Assembly: GCF_964204865.1 (NCBI RefSeq)
Contig: NC_135264.1
Span: 12,586,001-12,650,000 of the forward strand
DNA from: Styela clava
Taxonomy: Eukaryota
Length of the DNA: 64,000 nt
Direction: 5' to 3'
Position 1 is the first letter of the stretch, and every line of letters starts with the position of its first letter. The position numbers were made by a program, and so were the translations under genes. Below, one piece after another: positions 51,543-64,000 of this stretch. The notes under the pieces were generated by a model that worked only from the letters and a program-made list of their open reading frames with translations, searched no databases and was not told the origin of the DNA.

Positions 51543-53577
51543 GTGAGTCCAAAACAACGGAGGGAAATTGGTATTTATATATCAATTCAAGTAATGGAGA
51601 CAGATACCTGAAAATCAGACCACATTTTACCATCCATTAAAACACGTTTCTAAATTGACAGCCCAGGGTTAAGAAATTGTTTTATACAAAGTGCAGTGCA
51701 GTTTAATCAACATAAAGTTTGTGTTTTGTTTATATATATATGGAATAAAAAAAAATTTGGTAAATAAATTATAGAACGCAGTCTTTCCAACCCAATTGGT
51801 ATATATATTACAGATTTTTCTAAATATGTCACTAATTTTTTTTTCTCGAAATGTTGAAAGGGATAAAATAATATATATATATATACTATTATTCTGAAAT
51901 ACGCAGGATATATAGTTATACGGAAAAAAGATAGAGGTTCTTGCAGTTAATTGTACATATATATTTTTTCATTGTTTGTGTTTTGTGTATGATTTTTTTG
52001 CGGGAAAATCAAAATATACTTCTTATTTTGGTGGAATACTTTCGTCTGGTTTAACTTATCTCAGACGCATTTTCTATCCTCGCCCACATTGGAATATTTA
52101 TTTTTTCTTCTTATTTCATGAGAAAGCATTATTAAAAATGAATTTAGCTTATGAATTAAATTTTTTATTAAATTTGTGATATGCATATATACGGTATATG
52201 TCAATTATGTATTAGTTTTATATCCTAAGATTATGTTTTTTGAAACTTGACAAGTTTTATGATGTCTTTAAAGTGAAATCGAATATTTGCATGCGTGATA
52301 TATGGAGGATGATATTACCGTCTGTAATGAAATATGTAATAGAATTTTCTATAATTTCAAAAACATTTTTAACTCAGTTGTACAGTTAATGTCGCTAGGA
52401 ACAAATAATATGAGAAACAAAATTTAAAGATGCATACTACTTTCCGTTCTTCGGCGCTCACGCGGTCAAAAATGTACCTATTTATAACAGTCCTTCAAAA
52501 TGTACCAATTGAATTCAATTCGGCGTCATATAAATGTTTCCTTTTTGCAATTAATGCAAAAATATATATAGATGCATGCAAAAAATGTTGCTTTACTCAT
52601 ATTCCGCCAATATAGTATCATTAGAGACGCATAAACATACACTTCCACATTACGTCACTGTGACGTAATTTTTGGATGATGTAGTCATGTGGGGGTGAAG
52701 AATAACATATTAAAAAATTGTTGGGCCACGCCCGCGAGAAATACTTGTGGTACTAAACTATACCAAGCCCAAGATAGCACGGACCTGGTTACATATTTAA
52801 TAAACAGATATTAGTATTTCAAAAGCCGCCGCATATCCGGGCTGGATCAATTCGACGACCTAAGAATAACTTTGACTCCCGGTTGTAGAAATATTGACTT
52901 TGCCTCCAAGCTTGTCTTCTTTTATCACCACTGGCAATTCTGACGCGTTTGAAACTATGTATATCCGTTCAAGGCGCAATGTCCGTAACAAAATTTCTTC
53001 CGCTTCCAGTAAGTCCAAGACAAGAAAGAAAACTTGCACTTATATATCAATCAAAGAAATGGAGACAGACATTGAGAGTCGGCAATTACGCCGTGAAAAC
53101 TTGTCAAACTCCAATTGCCAAGTCCCGCACGGATAGTAAGAGTGCCCGTCGGATACTCGGGTGCAGCGTCCGCGAAGGTTTGCATATGCTAGTTTCGAAA
53201 CTGATCTACACCAGAGGAGCATGGCTACTGGCGTTAGGGGGTAAGTTGGCTCATATCTGGTAATCTTATTATATTCAAACTTCACAAAAACATCTAAATT
53301 ATATCCGTCACACTACGGTAACCCTGCTTATTTTACTATAAAAATATACAATAAAACCAACATAATACTATTGATATTATAAAATGTTACCTTTTATATC
53401 TATAAGTGATACGGTAACCCTTAACAATACAACTTTTCAAGCTATGATATAATAATCTTGCTTGGTGAAAATATGCAAAAAAAACAGTTAGAAGAAGACT
53501 TGTGACCTTGCATAAAGCATCCCATAAAAAAATTAACAAAAACGTCTTACAGAAGCTATATTTTAACAAATATATTC

Positions 53578-56500
53578 TTATTTCTTTTTTCTCGAGGAAG
53601 CAGATTTTGCAGATGATTTTCTGGATTCTTCAGGTGATTTTGGTTTGTTTTGGCTGGCATTTTTAGCCAGAAAAGTCTGACTGTTCTTCCAATCTAAACA
53701 AGTGAAAAGCATAATGTTAAACCAGAATAAACAGTTCTATGTCATCCATGTCGAGTATGAGATTAATTATCCAGTTGTTCTTTTCATAAACATGGACTCG
53801 ATGGTGAATGAAACCACAACCGAGCACCGTCAACTTCAACCCCACTTCGACGGCAAGGATTCAAAAATTTTTATCGTACATAATTATCCTTACTCGATCC
53901 TAACCTGCAAGCCTACGTAAGGTAATCAGAAGTGTGATGACATATGTGCTTCAAACGCTTATCGCAATGCACCAACCGTATTAGACATTTGACCTTCATC
54001 TCCATATATTTTGACATTGTTGTCTTGCTAAATTATTACAATGCTTTCCTCGAATCAAATATTGCCTTACCTGGTGGTACAGGTATTGCTTGTCTTTGTA
54101 TAGCAATATCAGTAGAATCCTTCATCTCTGTGATGTTAGTGCCAATGTCTTCAACCAAAAGTGATAATTTTGTTGTGGCAACTTCAGAAATCAATTTTTC
54201 TGCATCCTTGGAACGGTTATCAAAAGGAATAATTCAAACACAAAGAATTTTTTCTTACATATGCTCAGATCAAGGCTGTAGTTAAGATACATTAAGACAC
54301 TATCTTTAAGTGGACGAAATATTTACGATGCGGATAATCTGATGAGTTTGGTTGAATATTGTAACACCAAGAAACTAAATAATACTAGGGAAAGAGAAAG
54401 CGTTTGAGTTATGGCAAAGGGACAAAGCAGTCCACTAAAACATTATTACAAATTGACTATGCCATCATTGCACCAACCAATATAATATCGTATTTCATAT
54501 CTTATTTCATCAACATGCCTCGATGCCAGTCACAGGGTGGTTCCAGTTTCGCTTACAATAGATACCCCCATCAAGGGTCTAGAGCAGAGGTGCACAACAC
54601 GAGGCACGCGTGCCAAATTTGGCACGCCATACGCTCAAACGTGGCACGCGAACGGTTTTGTATAAATTAAAATATCACGTTTATATCAAAATCAGCAGTT
54701 TTTTTTCAGGACAATTAAATTGTATCAATAAATAGATATTCGTTATTATGTATTGTTATTGCAATTTGTTTGTTTTACTGGAGTTTATTTACAATACCAC
54801 AATTGTGCCTGGCACGCGACAAGATTATTTTGAAAAATTTGGCACGTATCCTCATTTGAGTTGTGCACCCCTGGTCTAGAGTATTCAGTTCTGTTGTACC
54901 AGAACTGTATTTTCATCACATATAACTAAAAGGTGGCAGAATAACAGTCAACATCGGCAGGAACATGACCTTTGTACCATGACACAAACCCCTAAAAGAA
55001 GATCTATCCAAAATCGCCATTTATATTCCTTCTAGGTCTTCCTTCATAGAAGGATAAAATCCTTTTATAAATCCTGACTTACATTTAGGCTTAGTGATTT
55101 GATTTCACCCTCCAAAAACTGAGCTTTAATATCATTTTCCATACACTCAGATTTTTTCTCAATTTCAAGTCGTTGATTTTCAACTTCCACTCTTTTATCC
55201 TCTTCTTTTTTGTCTATTTCATTCATTTTGTTGGCATATTCCCAAACCTAATAAAAGTCAAACACTCAAACTATAACATATTATAGAGATTGTATAAAAA
55301 CTGCATGTTCATAAGTACTTTTATCACAAAGTAACAAATGAACACTGCTCTATTATCCTATTTTATCAGAGATTACAAAATCATGTCAACACAGAACGAA
55401 TTTCACATTGAAATTCCAATTCATAAAATACTAAGTAAGTTTTCTGACCTGTAATGTATCCGCATCTGCAAGTTTCATTAACTCAGTTGGCACTTCAACC
55501 ATCAAAGAAACATGTCCTCTGTGTTCTTCTTGAGGACGAGATAGCACATACTATACAATTGAAAAGAATGGATTAGTGTTATTCCTTTTTTCTATTCAAG
55601 AATTTGACATAAAACATCCTCTAAATCTTCTACGCTAGGGTGTTAAATTGTTTAACTCTTTCCTGACACAACCTGGACTGATAAGCAGATTATTCTGCCA
55701 TGTAAATAGGAGTTATTTTTGTATTATCCCATATGTTGACATTACTTAAAAATTACACCTCTATTGTTTGCTGAATTATTCCTGTTGTGAGAAGATATGG
55801 AATAAATGAATTTAATTTTTAAAATGTACTAGTTAAGTATTAGCACAAATATTTATCAGCTATTTTATCTATGTTTTTGAGATTTTTCATAATACGAGAA
55901 ATTTAAAAAAAAAAATTGGTACTAAAAAATGCCAGTATTATCATCATTCATCTTACCTGGTATAACTTGAAATGAGCCAAAAAAGTGCCTGTTAAATATT
56001 TGCATATGAGTTGGGCATTTTGAAGGGTAATTTTTCCTTCAGATACATAATTTACTGCCATGTTTTGAAGAAGCCTCACTGCAGTAACTAACACTTGTCC
56101 TGTAATGCAAATATTTATACGTTAATGTGCTATATATATCATCAGCTTGAATAAAATATGATTTACTTTATAACCTTGTATTAAAAATATATCACAAAAT
56201 TTTTGCATCAATTAGAAGAATCATGTTGTCATTTTTGAAACATTAAATTTTACACTACTAGAAATATGCATCTTGTCATACAACCAAATAGCTTGTGTGA
56301 GGGTCCCACATGTTTGAATCTCACATAGAGGAATAGCTGCTAGTCGGCTTGCTACCTCCATGCAAGAAAATAACCAAATCCACCTAAACTGGTAACCAGA
56401 GGATATAGGATGTACGATACATGGAGTTAAACTGCCATAGTGAGCTTATGTAATTCCTATAAAAGATAAAAGAAGTATGTAATGAATTCTTGGAATAACT

Positions 56501-57774
56501 TGATAATCAAAATTTGAATATATCATCATAAATAAAGCGAGAAATATTTATAAAGCATATTATATACTGGAAAATTCAATATTACATAAAAACTCAGCAG
56601 AAAAATTTGTATGAGTTAGAATACCTTGAGTTGCATCCAATATGTCTGAAGCAAAATTTAAACATGAAACAACATCCTTCCATGCCATGCCTCGATTGAC
56701 TGCATATTGTAAGACATCATAATAATAATCAACCAACAGTGCTGATTTCAAGTCATCTTCCTCATCAATGGGACTGAGTTGCAGCTTTCTAGCAAGATAT
56801 TCCTGGCCTTTGTATTTCTAAAAAACGATAAGGTATAGGGAGATAAGGTGAGAATAATGACATTAGGCGGCGATGAATATGCTCATACCACGGAAGTGAG
56901 AAACTTCTGGTAATACCAGTATTTTGTTATCCTGTCTTATCTAGATTTTAAGTTGAGTATAAAATTTACCATTTATTGTTTGACTGTGTCTGAAAACAGA
57001 AATGTGGTGAAAATATAACAATTAACAACAGACATACATACATCAGGCAGTCTAAAATATAACAGCAATGGGGTCTGGTATAGTTTAGTACCACATCCAC
57101 TTCTAGTTGGCCTGGCTCAACAATTTTTGCATATGTCAATCCTAACCCCCACCTGATTACGTCACCGAAAAATTACGTCATTCCGACATCACAGTGGCGT
57201 AATAAGGCTCACCGAAGTATGCGGATGGTCGTCCAAAACGCGCAGACGATAATTCGAAATCGAGCAAGCTATTCCTCTCGTTTTCTCGTCTCAACGATCA
57301 CGATAGCAGAGAGATCGCCGGCTTTAGCAAGTTCTTATTGGCGGCGCAGATGTTATTTCGGGCGATCGTAAATATACTTTGGCAATCCCTATGATCCTAT
57401 ATCCTCGTTATGCTACGCCCACTGGAAGTACGGTACTTGTGGTACTAAACTATACTACAGTACCGGTACTAGACCCCAGCAATGGAGTATGATATGAAAT
57501 GAAGAAATAAATACCTATTTCCCGGCTAAATCTATAAGAAATGCAGGTAGACATTAATTCCTGAATCAAATCAATGCTTCCGAAAACAAATACCTGGATA
57601 ACTAATACTATACCGGTACCGGTATGCGCCATGGACTGGTAGTGGTAACCGGACAACTGACCGTGGTTTGGCATAGAATTGAACTGCCTGATCGGTACAT
57701 CAGTTAGCTATGGTACTTACCGGCAAACGAGCAATGTGCTTAACCTCTGACGGAGAAATTGGTAAAGGGAGCAT
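53578..57774 (-). CDS. C8orf74: C8orf74-like protein (CFAP119/C1a-32-related family), 302 aa. Exons 57774-57721, 56817-56625, 56099-55957, 55550-55449, 55247-55083, 54206-54071, 53693-53578
   Basis: Seven GT-AG exons join in frame (909 nt): MLPLPISPSEVKHIARLP/KYKGQEYLARKL..DEEDDLKSALLVDYYYDVLQYAVNRGMAWKDV../..CKYLTGTFLAHFKLYQ/YVLSRPQ.. Resembles my recollection of vertebrate C8orf74 (DTLYESIIFAVGKGFPW; TFIRHYKLYQYVL), followed by a coiled coil and a basic C-terminus. Confidence 0.8.
54585..54873. mobile_element. hAT-type MITE in intron 5 of the C8orf74-like gene
   Basis: TIR CAGAGGTGCACAAC / GTTGTGCACCCCTG, 8-bp TSD GTCTAGAG, internal TGGCACG repeats. Confidence 0.9.
57070..57477. mobile_element. 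TIR element with 6-bp TSD in intron 1 of the C8orf74-like gene; related fragment at about 52640-52765
   Basis: GGGGTCTGGTATAGTTTAGTACCACA ... TGTGGTACTAAACTATAC[..]TAGACCCC, flanked by AGCAAT on both sides. Confidence 0.7.
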
Positions 57775-58598
57775 AACGTATCGCCTGACACAGAATAAAA
57801 TACAGAGAAAAGAATCGTTTCCAAGGACCGTAAGCTGTTTCTCGTGTGAGGCGAGTGGCCCTTGAAACCCGGATCCGAATTTTGAATTTAATCTCAAATT
57901 GTTTTTATACTTTTGGCAGTATTAAATCCAAATTAATTGATCAGTTTTATAAAAAAAAAATTAATCCTTTTTCGTTATAAAAGTTTTAACTGAGGAATAT
58001 GGATGACCGTTCAATAGTCGATCATAATTATCAAAGGTACGCCTTTAAAGCAAAGTTGGTAAAAAATAAGTACCACCCTGCAACAGTGTTTATTGTTTGC
58101 CTGGTTTCAATGTACAAGTATCACTTTTGATGAAGATCGAAGGAAAATAATAACGAAATTTGCCAATACAGTATATTGAAATTTTACTGTTTCACAAGTT
58201 TTCATTATAAAAAAATTTGTTTATGGGTCTTTTTCATCATTTGCATTGTTTATTTGTTTAAACGGAGTAAGCAAAATCAAGGACACGGTATATACACACT
58301 CATTAGGTATTGCACTGCCCAATTTAAGCATAAATGCGATATCTAAATGGAAAATTTTCAAATTTTGCAGCGACGACTCCGGATTGTTGTGAACCATTAG
58401 TAATATGATGTCACGTGACTTTATTTTGTCGTTCCTGGTTCAATGATTACCTGATTGACAATTGTAGTAGTTTTTCTACAGCTGGAAACTTGGTGCCAAT
58501 AGTTTCTATGTTTATCTGCTTGTTTTGATGTTTTTACGTGTGTAAGCCATTGCTGTCGTGCTTTAAACACATTTTAGAATTGATAGCCTAATTCCGGA
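57775..58598. promoter_or_regulatory. Head-to-head (probably bidirectional) promoter region between C8orf74-like and mib1
   Basis: Divergent ATGs separated by 824 bp; palindromic GTCACGTGAC E-box at about 58410. Confidence 0.5.
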
Positions 58599-63449
<4,851 letters not shown>

Positions 63450-63713
63450 GTAAGCATCCCTTAAGTCAGTGATTATTCTTAATTGATTACCAACATAATA
63501 ACATGGTCAACACCCAAAATTTATTATGTTTTTAAATATATTTATGAACAGTGTTTTCCTTTTTCAATGTGCCATTTCAGGGGTTCTATTAATCTTATCT
63601 TCACCATAAGAATTTTTTTTTTAACCAAGTGTTTAAAGCACAACTTTCAGATTACTATTCAAATTTCACATCTTTTCGGCCACAGAATCCATTTTGTGCC
63701 TAGATATATGTTC

Positions 63714-63900
63714 AGCGCTACTCGTAGTGCGTGCCATTATTTTATTCTGGTTTTCTTATTTTAGTTCTGTTATGAGTTCGGGGACTGTCTGTGTTAGTCA
63801 AGTGAATATACCCGCTGTCCATAGGTTTCAGTCCCTTCGATATAAAATAGCCGAACAAAACAAGTTATTTCCATATTGTTATACACACTTTTGGAGTGCC
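63714..63900. mobile_element. MITE family 1 variant copy in a mib1 intron
   Basis: GGGACTGTCTGTGTTAG..GTGAATATACCC..CATAGGTTTCAGTCCCTT shared with 34421 and 12771 copies. Confidence 0.65.
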
Positions 63901-64000
63901 TGTTCCGCTTTATTACTGAATGCCAGTCCAATTTTCACATCCTGAGCTCTTCTACCATATACAATATGGACTCTAACCCACTAAATAAAATAAAATGCCT

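Noticed and set aside
57042-57051. 10-nt micro-exon candidate (ttttag|ACTGCCTGAT|gtatgt) in C8orf74-like intron 1
   Set aside because: Would shift the frame; exons 1 and 2 already join in phase 0.

Overview
AT-rich eukaryotic (metazoan) genomic DNA with short GT-AG introns, plausibly an ascidian/tunicate (inference only). The ORF track misses most real genes because they are spliced. By reading splice sites by hand I reconstructed the main content. (1) About 0.9-43 kb holds a tandem array of one family of small secreted Cys-rich proteins: seven complete 4-exon genes (148-251 aa), one gene cut by the window start, one deleted pseudogene and two orphan first exons. The complete genes share intron phases 2-2-0, a signal peptide and a C..C..C / C..C..CxC / P-x-x-C-x-C core whose spacing resembles Spaetzle/neurotrophin/Trunk-type cystine knots. 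Members differ in cysteine number, and the last two carry Tyr/Pro/His-rich tails. The youngest duplicate pair has mostly amino-acid-changing substitutions. (2) 44.4-51.0 kb is a three-layer nest of hAT-type DNA transposons, each layer with its own 8-bp target-site duplication (TSD). (3) An orphan signal-peptide/RSRR exon lies at 51.3 kb. (4) A complete 7-exon C8orf74-like gene (- strand) lies head-to-head with the 5' part of mind bomb 1 (+ strand). Several MITE/SINE families and two local tandem duplications are also present. Family and fold assignments are from pattern recognition, not database searches.
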